Position numbers and translations under genes: made by a program
Assembly: GCA_951406725.2 (NCBI GenBank)
Contig: OX597833.1
Span: 3,100,001 to 3,164,000, forward strand
DNA from: Octopus vulgaris
Taxonomy: Eukaryota
DNA length: 64,000 nt
Direction of reading: 5' to 3'
Shown here: positions 12,665 through 25,260 of the stretch, piece by piece
Layout: every line of letters starts with the position of its first letter
Numbering within the stretch: position 1 is the first letter of the stretch
Notes under the pieces: model-generated
Seen by the model: the letters and a program-made list of their open reading frames with translations, nothing else
Database searches by the model: none
Told to the model about the DNA's origin: nothing

Positions 12665-13026
12665 AGGTGGTGAGCAGGCAGAAACATTAGCATGCCGGAC
12701 GAAATGCTTAGTGGTATTTCGTCCGCCACTATGTTCTGAGTTCAAATTCCGCTGAGGTCGACTATGTCTTTCATCCTTTCAGGGTCGATTAAATAAGTAC
12801 CTATTTCTTTACTACCCTCAAGGGGCTAAACACAGAGGGGACAAACAAAGACAGACAAACGGATTAAGTCAATTACATCAACCCCAGTGCATAACTGGTA
12901 CTTAATTTATCAACCCCTAAAGGATGAAAGGCAAAGTCGACCTCGGCGGAATTTGAACTCAGAACGTAGCGACAGACGAAATATGGCTACGCATTTCGCG
13001 TGGTATGCTAACGTTTCTGTCAGCTC
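12665..13026. mobile_element. Two SINE-A copies tail-to-tail (inverted pair)
   Basis: 12665-12801 on plus, ~12802-13026 on minus. Confidence 0.8.
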
Positions 13027-13144
13027 AATTGAATAATTACCAGTTATGCACAGAGGTCAATGTAATCGACTTAATCCCTTCCCCCAAATTTGAGGCCTTG
13101 TGTTTCCAGTAGAAAGAATTATTATTATTATTATTATTATTATG

Positions 13145-13185
<41 letters not shown>

Positions 13186-14285
13186 GGCGGTGAGCTGGCA
13201 GAATCATTAGCACCTCAGGTGAAATGCTTAGCGGTATCCATCACAAGGTCATTCATTTACAGGTGAGTCAACTGGAACAACACAAAATGAAGAATTTTGC
13301 TCAAGAAACACAGCACGTCACCTGGTTCTGGAATTGAAATCACTATCTTCTTATCGTGAAAACAACTCCTAACCACTAGGTCATGTACCTTCAGGGGTGG
13401 GCGGGGTGGGGTAATAAAATAAAGTATTCTCCCTTCAAAAACTTTTAGGCCTAAATGAGAAATAGTTATTCAATATTTCTTTCTCCTTTTTGCATCACAT
13501 TTTGGTCTGTTGCAACTGTTGGCATTTCTCATTTCCAATATCTGTCTATTTCTCATTTAATAGTTACCGACAGTTCAAAATAATAATAATAATAATAAAG
13601 AACAAAGGAAAAGATGGCTGATAGATGACAGAACCAGTGGAGCATTGGACCCAAAACTTCATGGTATTTGTTTTCGTTGGCATAACACTTTGATCTTAGC
13701 CGAAGCCGAAAGATCAATAAGTAATATTTGGTTATATATTGAATTCAAATCACTTCACTGTCAATCTATTCACGATCAATAAAAATAAATACTACGGTTA
13801 AGGTTGGATCTGTTATATACTGTAGATCAAGGATTGGCAGACTGCAGTCTGGGGGGCCATATCTGACCAACCTCACTTTATTGAATATATAATGTTATAT
13901 TCAAGAATTCTTTGTTTTGTTTATCTATTTTTCGGTAAGTGAACAATAAAATTCTCTGTTGAAAAATAAGGGAGAAGTCTTGTTTTTGCAATGTCTTGAT
14001 GTAAATCAATGTTTTATATTAATTCGGGTGAAAAAAAAAATGTGAAGTTCTTTCATTTGGTAAAACCTGAAAGTTTCCTGAGATACTTTTTGGTTTTATT
14101 GAATGATACAAACTTATTGTTTTAAGCGATCTGCATTAAATCTGCCATCACACCTTGATGTTAATTGAAGTTCAAAACAACGGTTTAATATTGACAGTTA
14201 TTTTACTCAATTCTTTATTAAATTAGATATTAATTGAAAAAAAAGATGGAGTATTTCAACAGAAAAATGACAATAAAAAGATTAA

Positions 14286-14504
14286 CTCTTTTGATACCAA
14301 CCTGGCTGAAACCGGCTCTGGCTCTGAGTACAAATGTCTTGTTATCATAAGTTCTGAATTAAAATCTTCCACCAAACCTTAGCCACAATTTATGTTCCTA
14401 ACACTAGCTTAATGATAACTAAGTTTTTTACTAAATTCTTTGTTATATTTAAAGTAATTGAAAGAAATACAGAGCATCTCAATATAAATACGGTAACAAA
14501 AGGG
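14286..14504. mobile_element. piggyBac-type MITE, followed by degenerate partial copies to ~14823
   Basis: Same family as 6306-6527; TTAA flanks. Confidence 0.75.
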
Positions 14505-15175
14505 TTAACGTGGTCTAGACTGTAATTTCTCCATCAAAATTTATATTCCAAACACCAGCTTAATAATGACAAATTACTAAACACTTCATTATTTTCAAAA
14601 TATTTTACTAGTAATATGGTAACAAAAGGGTTAAAGTGATCTAAATTTAAACCCTCCATCAAAATTTCAATTTGCTTTATATTCCAAGCCCTAGTTTAAT
14701 AATGATGAAGTTACTTTACTAAATTCTTCGTTATTTCCAAAATTGATTGAAATTCTTCATTAATTTCAAAATCAATTGAAACCAGGGCAGTGTATTTCGA
14801 CAGAAATATGGTAACAAAAGGGTTAAGTAGCAAATAATTTCATATTTCTAAACAAAGAAAGCAACAGTGACCAACAGCATCTCCTGCACTGACATAATAC
14901 AAGGTGTTCACAAATTACCTTTACAATTTGAAGAATTCATTAAAAACTGAAAAATAAGGGTAAATCTGCAGAATTTATTAGAAAGCCATTTATTTTTATT
15001 TTATTTTATCAAATTTCAGCTCACGAGCTGTGGCCATGCTGGAGCACCATCATTTGCAAAGAACTAAAGTTTTGTTTTTAATATTGCAACTTGTGCTCTG
15101 TTGGTTATGGCCACGAGTGTTCCCAGTTGATCCAGTTCCAAGCAGAAGATTCTGCTTGTGAAATTAACATGCAAG

Positions 15176-15341
15176 CACTAGCATAGCTAGAGTGTGTGCC
15201 ACCCAGGGCAGCCCTTCCGTTTGCCGCCCCTAGGTTCCACAAAAGATGTCTATTGCCTACAGCTGACCCAAAAGTGTCACCCCTTTAAAAGTGCTGTTTG
15301 GGGTGGACCGCCCCCTACTCTACCCCCTAGCTACACTAGTG
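15176..15341. mobile_element. hAT-type MITE nested in a SINE
   Basis: 8-bp TSD CATGCAAG on both sides; TIRs CACTAGCATAGCTAG / CTAGCTACACTAGTG. Confidence 0.8.
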
Positions 15342-16449
15342 CATGCAAGTGGCTGAGCGCTCCATAGACATGCATACTCTAAATGTAGTTCTCAGGGAGA
15401 TTCAGTGTGACACAAAGAGGGACAAGGCTGGCCCTTTGAAATACAGGTACGACTCATTTTTGCCAGCTGAGTGAACTGGAGCAACGTGAAATGAAGTGTC
15501 TTGTTCAAGAAGCACAATGTGCCACTGGGTATTGAACTCACTAAGCTATGTGCCATCACATTAGCTGAATGGTTAAGAAGATGGTTTCACTGCCGTGAGC
15601 ATCCAGGTTCAATCCCAAGGTGTGGAATCTGGGGCCAGTGTCTTTCATCATAGCTTTGAGTTGACTTAAGCCTTGTAAGTAATATTTGGTTAATGGAAAC
15701 TGTATGGAAGCCCTTTGGGTGTATTATATCTATAGTTTAAAGGACCAGCTTTGTTACACCTATATCACACTGATTCTACTTGAGAATTAAAAATTCAGGA
15801 TACGTGTCTGTGGAATACTCAACCACATACTAATTCAACAACTAGTGGCATGCAATGTTCGAACAAGTGAATATGCATCATTGAAACTGGTGGAGATCCA
15901 TTTGGACCTTCACCAGTCAAATACTTAGAAGACAAGACCTTGACAGGCAAAAGAGCAAAAGGAAGGACTTAAAACCAGATTTAGCCTCAGCACCAAAGCA
16001 GAATGGCACAGGACAAAGATGGGTGGAGGGCCCTTGGTGGTTCAATTATTTGAGCCTTCTGTCTTGGGAAGAAAAGGAACTCTCTTGATATTCATTATGG
16101 TTACATGTCCTTGCATGTGCTATTTATGTTAATGTGTATGCACTGTTTTAAGTATTCATGCTTAATACATTCTAAATAGGTTACATGTCCTTATGTAGCT
16201 CTACATAAGAATTTACCCTTTAGCAAAGAGCTGCCCCGCTTTCTACTGTAGCCAAAGTCAGTTGAAGAAGATTTCAGTCTTGCAAATTACATGGCAACCT
16301 CATTGGTGCTGACACCATGACAAAAATGTGTCCAATACATATTGTAAAGTGGTTGGTGTTACGACGGACATCTGGCTGTGGAAACCATGCCAAAACAAGC
16401 ATCGGGGCACAATACAGTCCTTGGGATTATTATACCTTGTCAAACCAAA

Positions 16450-17160
16450 GGCGGCGAGCTGGCAGACACATTGGCATGCCGGGTAAAATGCTTAGCGGTA
16501 TTTTATCTGTCGTTACGTTCTGAGTTCAAATTCCGCCGAGGTCGACTTTGCTTTTCATCCTTTCGGGGTCAATAAACTAAGTACCAGTTACGCACTGGGG
16601 TCGATGTAATCGACTTAATCCCTTTGTCTGTCCTGTTTGTTCCCTCTATGTTTAGCCCCCTGTGAGCAATAAAGAAATATATACCTTGCTAAACCATCCA
16701 AATCATGCTAGTATGGAACATAGACTCCTGTATGGTGTGAGCTGCTATCTAGCTCCTCTACAGCTAGAAACCTGTTCTGGCCCCTTCCTTTATACTTCTA
16801 AACTTCCAGCCCCTAGCATCTGGCTGCCTTCTTTTCTATTGTAGCCCCACTCAGCCAATGGAAATCTTAATCTTGCATACTATATGGTGACCTCACTAGT
16901 TCTGGTGCCACTAAAAACACCCAATACAGACTAATTTCTTTACTGCCCACATGGGGCTAAACATAGAGGGGACAAACAAGGACAGACAAAGGGATTAAGT
17001 CGATTACATAGATTCCAGTGTGTAACTGGTACTTAATTTATCGACCCCGAAAGGATGAAAGGCAAAGTTGACCTCGGCGGAATTTGAACTCAGAATGTAA
17101 CGGCAGACGAAATACCGCTAAGCATTTCACCCAGTATCCTAATGTTTCTGCCAGCTCGCC
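16450..17160. mobile_element. Inverted pair of full SINE-A copies (16450-16680 plus; 16933-17160 minus)
   Basis: Match to family A on opposite strands. Confidence 0.75.
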
Positions 17161-18132
17161 ACATTAATACATACTGTAAAGTGGTCGGTGTCAGGAAAGG
17201 CACCCCACTGCAGAAACCATGTCAAAACAGACGCTGAAATATGATGCAGTCCTTGGAACTATCAGATTTTGTCAGACCACACAACTCATGCTAACATGGA
17301 AGATAGATGTTAAATGATGATGGGCCTCTCGTTGTCAAAGTCAACCATGTCCTGGTTTTGACAGATTTTCTTTTCTTGGGTAACCTTATGAGTTCCCCAT
17401 CTTTATTTCCATTTCTGTTTTCTAAGGAAATGAGTTTGCTTAATGGTTCATACATCTAGACACTAGTATCATTACTATAGTTGATGGTTTGAAGAGAACC
17501 AAAGCCAGTTTAGAGACCGTGAACCATATTTGTCTGACGTAAACAATTCTACTAGTTCACTGCTCAGGAATGGTATATTTTTCCCAATCTCTGAAAGAAT
17601 GGTAAATAGGGTTAACCGCCACACGATTTTGAATTCAGTATGTAAAGAACAGAAGCAAATAAGGCCAGGCATTCTGTCCAACACACTAACCATTCTGCCA
17701 ATATGCTGCCTTAAAAAAAATGAGAAAAAGGGAGGGAAAATTGGAGAATGTGATCCTTCATAAGAAAATAGGTCTATATGGTTTTGGGTTCAATCACACA
17801 ACACAGCACCTAGGGCAAGTGTCTTCTTTTGTAAATCCAGGTTGATTAATGCCATGTTGAATGAATCTGGTAGATGGAAACTGTATGGAATCCTCTTGTG
17901 CATAAATATATTGTTTTATTCTTTTACTCGTTTCAGCCATTTGACTGGAGCACTGCCTTAAAGGGGTTTTTAGTCAAAGAAATCGACCCCAGGACTTATT
18001 CTTTGTAAGCCTAGTACTTATTCTGTCAGTCTCTTTTACTGAACTGCTAAGTTACAGGGATGTAAACACACCAGCATCAGTTGTCAAGCAATGGTGGTGG
18101 TGGTGGTGGGGGACAAACATAGACACACATAC

Positions 18133-18163
<31 letters not shown>

Positions 18164-18331
18164 CATGATGGGCTTCTTTCAGTTTCCATCTACCAAATCA
18201 ACTCCCAAGGCTTTGGTTGGCTCAAAGCAATAGAGGAAGTCACTTGCCCAAGGTGCCACACAGTGGGACTGAACCCAGAACTATGTGGTTGGGAGGCAAG
18301 TTTCTTACCAGATAGCCATGCCTGCGCCTAC

Positions 18332-18362
<31 letters not shown>

Positions 18363-18641
18363 TACATGTATATATACATACATGTATATATACATACACA
18401 TCATCATCATCATCATCATCATCGTCGTTTAACGTCCGTTCTCCATGCTAGCATGGGTTGGACGGTTCGACCGGGGATCTGGGAAGCCAGAAGGCTGCAC
18501 CAGGCTCCAGTCTTATCTGGCAGTGTTTCTACAGCTGGATGCCCTTCCTAACGCCAACCACTCCGTGAGTGTAGTGGGTGCTTTTTACGTGCCATACACA
18601 CACACATATATATACACATATGTATATACACATATATACAC

Positions 18642-18672
<31 letters not shown>

Positions 18673-18691
18673 TATATATATATATACACAT

Positions 18692-18735
<44 letters not shown>

Positions 18736-19086
18736 CCAAGTTGAGGGAGGTGGAACAGATAAAAATCCAGACTACACGTGTTTCCTCTCTACTAGATCCT
18801 CTCTTCTTCTTGCTAGACAACATGTGTAGCCTGGATTTTACCGGTTCCACTCCCTCAGTTTGGACTTTTATTCCCATTCATAGCAACTCTAGTTGCTAAC
18901 CATGAGTGCTATACATATATTTTTTTCAGCTTATCTAACATTAATATGGGAAAAACCTACAACCTTTGATGCCAATAAATTATTGATCCCGAATGTTGTT
19001 TTTGATGCTTGCCATGGACTGCTTGAAGCTGACAAACTTCCTACACTTTGATCCTTCGATCTTATAATTACATATCAACTGAGTGT

Positions 19087-19486
19087 AGGCTGTGTGGTAA
19101 GTAGCTTGCTAACCAGCCACATGGTTCTGGGTTCAGTCCCATTGCGTGGCATCTTGGGCAAGTGTCTTCTGCTATAGCCCCGGGCCGACCAATGCCTTGT
19201 GAGTGGATTTGGTAGACGGAAACTGAAAGAAGCCTGTCGTATATATGTATATATATATATGTATGTGTGTGTGTGTGTGTGTTTGTGTGTCTGTGTTTGT
19301 CCCCCTAGCATTGCTTGACAACCGATGCTGGTGTGTTTACGGTCCCCGTCACTTAGCGGTTCGGCAAAAGAGACTGATAGAATAAGTACTGGGCTTACAA
19401 AGAATAAGTCCCGGGGTCGATTTACTCAACTAAAGGCGGTGCTCCAGCATGGCCGCAGTCAAATGACAGAAACAAGTAAAAGAGTA
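19087..19486 (+). mobile_element. SINE family B
   Basis: Near-identical to 10540-10935. Confidence 0.8.
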
Positions 19487-20719
19487 CACTGTTATACCAG
19501 ATGCTGTTCTACCTGACAACAACAACGAGAAGAACATTGATCACAGTATTGAATGCTACACTGGAAAACTGATGTTTTGGGGTTCGTGAGTGATGTCCAG
19601 TTTGCTTGAAAATCTCTGAAAATGTGTTGTAAATAATAACCAATTTTTAAAAAATTCTTTTTCTTGTTTCAATCATTTGACTATGGCCATGCTGGAGCAC
19701 TGTCTGGAGGGTTTTTAGTCGAACAAATCAACCCCAGGAAATATTCTTTGCAAGCCTGCTACTCAGTCGGTCACTTTGCTGAACTGCTAAGTTACAGGGA
19801 TATAAACACAAACATAGAAGCAAAGCCACACAAATAAATATAAGTGTTTTGTTTTGGGATTTGGTTTGCAAGATTCTTTATGTGAGTTTGTGTGTTGAAG
19901 CATATTTTGTTGTGTCTGAGGAGAGTCTTTTTCTTTTTATGCCTTATTATGTAACACATCATCATCATCATTTAGCATCTGCTTTCCATGCTAGCATGGG
20001 TTGGACGGTTCAACAGGGATCTTGGAAGCCAGGAGGCTGCACCAGGCCCAGTCTGATCTGGCAATGTTTCTACGGCTGGATGCCCTTCCTAAAGCCAACC
20101 ACTCCATGAGTGTAGTGGGTGCTTTTTACGTGCCAGACGGGGCTGGCAAACGACCACGGTCAGATGGTGCTTTTTATGTGCCACCGGCATGGGGGCCAGG
20201 CGAGGCTGGCAACGGCCAAATTTCCACTTATTTCTTATTTTTGTTTTCCTAAAAATTTTCGTTGCGTCTTGCGACCTTTTCAATAGTCTTGATGTAACAG
20301 TGAGTGTGTTACATTACAAGGCACAAAAAGAAAATGACTCTCCCCAGACACAACAGATAAAAAGTGGTTGGAGGTTAAAAAGAAAATGGGTGAGGGTCAA
20401 CCATGGAACTGTGGTTCATTTCAAACTCTTCTTCCTCACAGAAACAGACAAGTTTAACATCATTCGAAGAGCAATAAATACACAGCTATGGTTCTTAATT
20501 CGAGTGTGCTACCTTTATGACAGTTTCATTTGCACGAAGATACAAATCCATTGGAATCCCCTTTTTTTTTTTTTGCATTGCCACTTGGCACTTCTGCCAA
20601 CAATGGAAATCTTCCTTCAGGACCTGAATCTAACAAAACCTGAATCTCAGTATTATTCATTTCTCTTAGATATACTCGGTCGCATCCTCTTCCATTTCCA
20701 AAGTGCTCTGCAGATAATA

Positions 20720-20965
20720 CAGTTCTATATTTAAGAGATGAAGAATTACGTACATTATTTACATTCGACGGATATTTGTCCTCATCTTGTTTGTTGCTAA
20801 CACGTTTCGGCTGATATACCCACCAGCCTTCATCAGGTGTCTTGGGGGAAAATTTGAACCTGGGTTCTCATTCCAAGGTATTTTTTGATATTATTATTAT
20901 TATTATTATTCAGGTCACTGCCTGGAATTGAACTCAGAATCTTGGGGTTGGTAGCCCATGCTCTA
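20720..20965 (-). mobile_element. tRNA-headed SINE-like element carrying a hammerhead motif
   Basis: Minus strand TAGAGCATGGGCTACCAACCCCAAGATTCTGAGTTCAATTCC (B-box), then (AAT)n, then CTGATGA-stem-GAAAC. Confidence 0.55.
20799..20841 (-). ncRNA. Minimal hammerhead ribozyme motif (probably degenerate at stem III)
   Basis: GACAC CTGATGA a GGCTG-gtgggtatat-CAGCC GAAAC GTGTT. Confidence 0.55.
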
Positions 20966-21112
20966 CTTGTGCCAGTTACACGATTTCACTTGGCTCAATG
21001 GGTCCTCTCAAGCACTACATATTGCCAAGGGTCTCAGTCATCTGTCATTACCTCCATGAGGCCCAACGCTTCAAAGATGCACACAGATCATATAGGAGAA
21101 CAATATGGATCT

Positions 21113-21707
21113 CATCATTGTTTAACGTCCGCTTTCCATTCTAGCATGTGTTGGACAGTTCGACCGGAGTCTGGGAAGCCAGGAGGCTGTACCAGGCTTC
21201 AGTCTGATCTGGCAAGGTTTCTACAGCTGCATGCCCTTTCTAACACCAACCACTCCGTGAATGTAGTAGGTGCTTTTTACGTGTCACCGGCACAGGTGCC
21301 AGGGGAGGCTGGCAACGGCCACGATCGGTTGGTGCTTTTTACATGCCACTGGCATGGAAGCCAGTCAAGGCAGCGCTGGCATCGACCAAGTACGGATGGT
21401 GCTTTTTATGTGCCACCGGCACAGGTGCCAGGGGAGGCTGGCAACGGCCACGATCGGTTGGTGCTTTTTACGTGCCACTGGCATGGAAGCCAGTCAAGGT
21501 AGCGCTGGCATCGACCATGTACGGATGGTGCTTTTTACTTGCCACCGGCACAGGTGCCAGGGGAGGCTGGCAACAGTCACGATCAGTTGGTGCTTTTTAC
21601 GTGCCACTGGCACGAAAGCCAGTCGAGGCAGCGCTGGCATCAACCACATACGGATGGTGCTTTTTACGTGCCAGGGGAGGCTGGCAACGGCCATGATCGG
21701 TTGGTGC
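21113..21707 (-). mobile_element. RTE-associated non-autonomous retroposon (family C) with a tandem 62/67-bp module array
   Basis: Minus strand carries a GGTTGGYGTTAGRAAGGGCATSCAGC motif (RTE 5'UTR-like, from recall); other copies have (GAT)n tails: 18399-18593, 19957-20218, 48175-48610, 50633-50862, 59361-59648 (-), 44403-44575 (+). Confidence 0.7.
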
Positions 21708-21814
21708 GTACAAAAAAAAACACAAAATGATCCTAAAACACACAAACGAAGAAGGAAAAAAAAAAGCAAAGACCAGATTTTTTTTTTTTTACATTTTTTT
21801 TTGGTGGGAACACT

Positions 21815-21820
21815 TTTATT
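21815..21820 (-). promoter_or_regulatory. Candidate APP polyadenylation signal AATAAA
   Basis: Minus strand AATAAAagtgttcccaccA, followed by a U/GU-rich tract; coincides with a switch from TE-poor to TE-dense sequence. Confidence 0.4.
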
Positions 21821-22350
21821 AATGGAGCCAAGTACACGAGGTTAAAAAACAGAAAAAAAAAAAGCTAGACCAATCATGTTATTCTGGGTTACAACAACAA
21901 CAGAATTCTTATAAAAAAAATTTAACAAAAAAAGGAAAAAACATATATATATATACATACATATATATATATGTATACACATATACATGTATACACATAT
22001 ATATGTATACATATATATGTATATGTACGTATACATATGTATATATAATGAAAATTCACACTAAGCTTCATATTTTTTTTTATTCATTATACCTTTGTGT
22101 ATTATATTTATTTTTTTTTTTACTCCTTTATTTTCAAGTTCATATTATTTATTTATTTATTAATTTTATTGTTATAATTATTATTATTATTATTTTTTTT
22201 AATTATTTTTTTTTTTACTAAATAGTTTTTGAAATCAGTTCTGCTTGGGTCTTGAATATTAATAATGATGTACAATATAAGAATAATAATGATAATAATA
22301 ATAATGATGATGATGATGATAATAATAATAATAATAATGATTTCTTTTAT

Positions 22351-22386
<36 letters not shown>

Positions 22387-22825
22387 CATCATCATCATTG
22401 ATGTCTTCGAAAAATAAAAAACAATAAGTTTTAATAAATAATAAACATCAACATTGTTGTCATCCAAAAGCAAATTATATATCTATATATACACACACAC
22501 ATGTATATATATATATATATATACACACGTGTGTGTGTGTGTATATGTACATATAAAATTAAAAAATGAAAGAATTTCTAACAAAAAAAGGCACAAGGCC
22601 TCGATATTTTTGTTTGGTTTTTTTTTTTTTTTTTCGTGGGGGAGGAAGAGGTTGGTCAACTGAATCGACCCCAGTACATGACTGGTACTTTATTTCATCG
22701 ACCCTTGATGGGATGAAAGGCAAAGTTGACCTCGGCGGGATTTGAACTCAGAACATGAGATTTAGCTTAAAATAGCATAAGGTATTTTCGTCTGGCGTTC
22801 TATCTATTCTGCTAGCCACTGCCTT

Positions 22826-22862
<37 letters not shown>

Positions 22863-23394
22863 CGATGATGATGATGATGATGATAGAACATTTTAATTAC
22901 TCTATGTTAGTCAACCAATCAAAATAATTAACCACAAAACAATAATAAAATTATATAAAAAATACATGTAAAAACCTATTTTAATTTTTGATTAAGGGTC
23001 AAAGAATTTGGGGTTCAAAGAATTTGGTAAAAGGAAATGAGAGAGAGAGAGAGAGAGATCTATATAAAAGGTGAGTTAAATCGAGGGGGGGTAAGAGGAG
23101 GCGGAGCACACAGTTAATGATGAAGGGGGTCGGGTGCAGAGCGTGGGTAAGGGGGTGGGAAAAGGGATCAACAGAATTTTATAGAAAAATAAAAAAATAT
23201 GTTTAATGAGAAAAGTTTTTTTTTGTTTAAATTGGGGAACGGGGATAGGAATGGGGGGGGGGTGAGTGGGGAATTTGAAGTTAAGCTGATAAGAATTAAG
23301 GTAGAAGTAACTGGAATGTATATACTGAATGTATAATATGGTGTACACATGCAATATATATATATATACACACATATAAATCATACACATGCAC

Positions 23395-23440
<46 letters not shown>

Positions 23441-24769
23441 CACATATATATATATATATAAATATATATTTTGGATATTATATATATATATATAGCATAC
23501 ATATTATACATACATGTTTACAGAGAAAGAATTAAAGTCTGGTAGGCAGGTAGGAGGGGTGGGGTGGGGGTGAAGATAGAGATAGAAAGAGATAGAGCTG
23601 CTGTATCACTATAGCAACAGAACAGCTAGCTGCCAACCTTCAAAGCATGACCATTGCCCAGAGATGTGGTGGTGGTGGTGGTGATGGTGAGTTTATAAGA
23701 CTGGGGGGAGGGGCAGGGTGGGGTGATCGATATACATGCATGTGTATGTATACAGCGGTTTGGGTGTGGGGAAGTATGCAGTCAAAATTTTACATCAAGG
23801 CAGTGAAAAGAGAGAGAGAAAGAGAGAGAATGCTTCATTGATAAATCTTGAGTGGGTGGGTGGGCGGGTGGGTACTGTTGTATGCACCATGTGATATAAA
23901 CCATTATACAGCAGTGATATCCTTATGATGTTATCACACCGTGGCACTTTGCGCCATCAGATATCGTCAGAAACATGTGATATATGCCATCTGATACGAT
24001 AACAGGGCTGCGGTACACCCCGACCGATACCAACAGAGGGAGCACTGTGCATCTACCCACCGTTCTTACATGGGGGGTATCATGCACCCTGGGACATCAC
24101 TGCAGCCAGCAGCACAGCCGTACACCCCCTTCTGATACCATTGCAAGGTGACAGCAGACACCCTTTGAAATCTTTACAAACTGCAGCAATACCATAATAT
24201 CCTACGATATCATTACTGAGTGGTGAAATACACCATGGAATACAAACACTGACACACACATGCAAGAGAACTGCTTGTATTATATACACAAGCCATGCCT
24301 GTATGCGCGTGTGTGAGTGTATATACATATACTCTGTAATACTGTTCACTCAAACTGAAGTACAACACGCACTAAACTCCAAACTCAAGCTCTGGAATAT
24401 AAGAGTCTGTGTGTGTGTATGCATGTATGGAGGCGATTCTGTATGTATCTTAGCCGGAGAGCTGGATAAACTTCACAAAGCTACTATAGCACATACACAC
24501 AGCAAACTTGTCTAAAACTCAGCAATATATACACATATATATATATATATGTGTGTGTGTGTGCTGGCTATGTAAGAGAAAGTTACTTTAAAAGAGCTTT
24601 AATATTTAAAAAAAATTTTTCCTCTAGGCACTTTGCTTCAGCCTGGACAACAGAGAAGGAGAGTGGGGAGGGAAGGGGAGGGCAAGGAGAGGAGGAGAGA
24701 AGACAAGAAGGAAGAGCAGGAATGAAGGAGAAAAATAAAGCGAAGAAAAATATCTATATCTATACATAT

Positions 24770-24878
24770 ACATGTGTATATATTATATATATATATATAT
24801 GCCTACAAGATGAAACGTGTATGTGTGTGTGTGTGTACATATATATATATACATATATGTATGTGTCTGTATGTGTAC

Positions 24879-24921
<43 letters not shown>

Positions 24922-25035
24922 TACACACGCACACAGACAGTAGCAGTAATTATAGTGTTCCCACGTTTTTCTGGAAAAAAAGACAAGAATAACGTAACAG
25001 AAATTAATAAAACCTCAAGGTAAATAACATTTATA

Positions 25036-25075
<40 letters not shown>

Positions 25076-25141
25076 TATATATGTATATATATATACACAC
25101 ATATATATATATATGTATGTATACATATATACACACATATG

Positions 25142-25180
<39 letters not shown>

Positions 25181-25260
25181 CACATATGCACACACACACA
25201 ACATATATATATATACACACACACGTATGTATATATATATATATATACATATATAAACCT
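24770..25260. repeat. Compound (TA)/(CA)/(TG) microsatellite cluster, one of many (also 9450-9750, 10010-10290, 18595-18732, 26800-27050)
   Basis: Direct inspection. Confidence 0.95.

Noticed and set aside
21269-21707. CRISPR-like repeat-spacer array with a palindromic 25-nt repeat
   Set aside because: The spacers are homologous and alternate between two types, the array is part of a dispersed retroposon, there are no cas genes, and the DNA is eukaryotic
20885-21845. 205-aa and 191-aa repetitive ORFs
   Set aside because: Read-through of family C tandem modules; no recognisable domain
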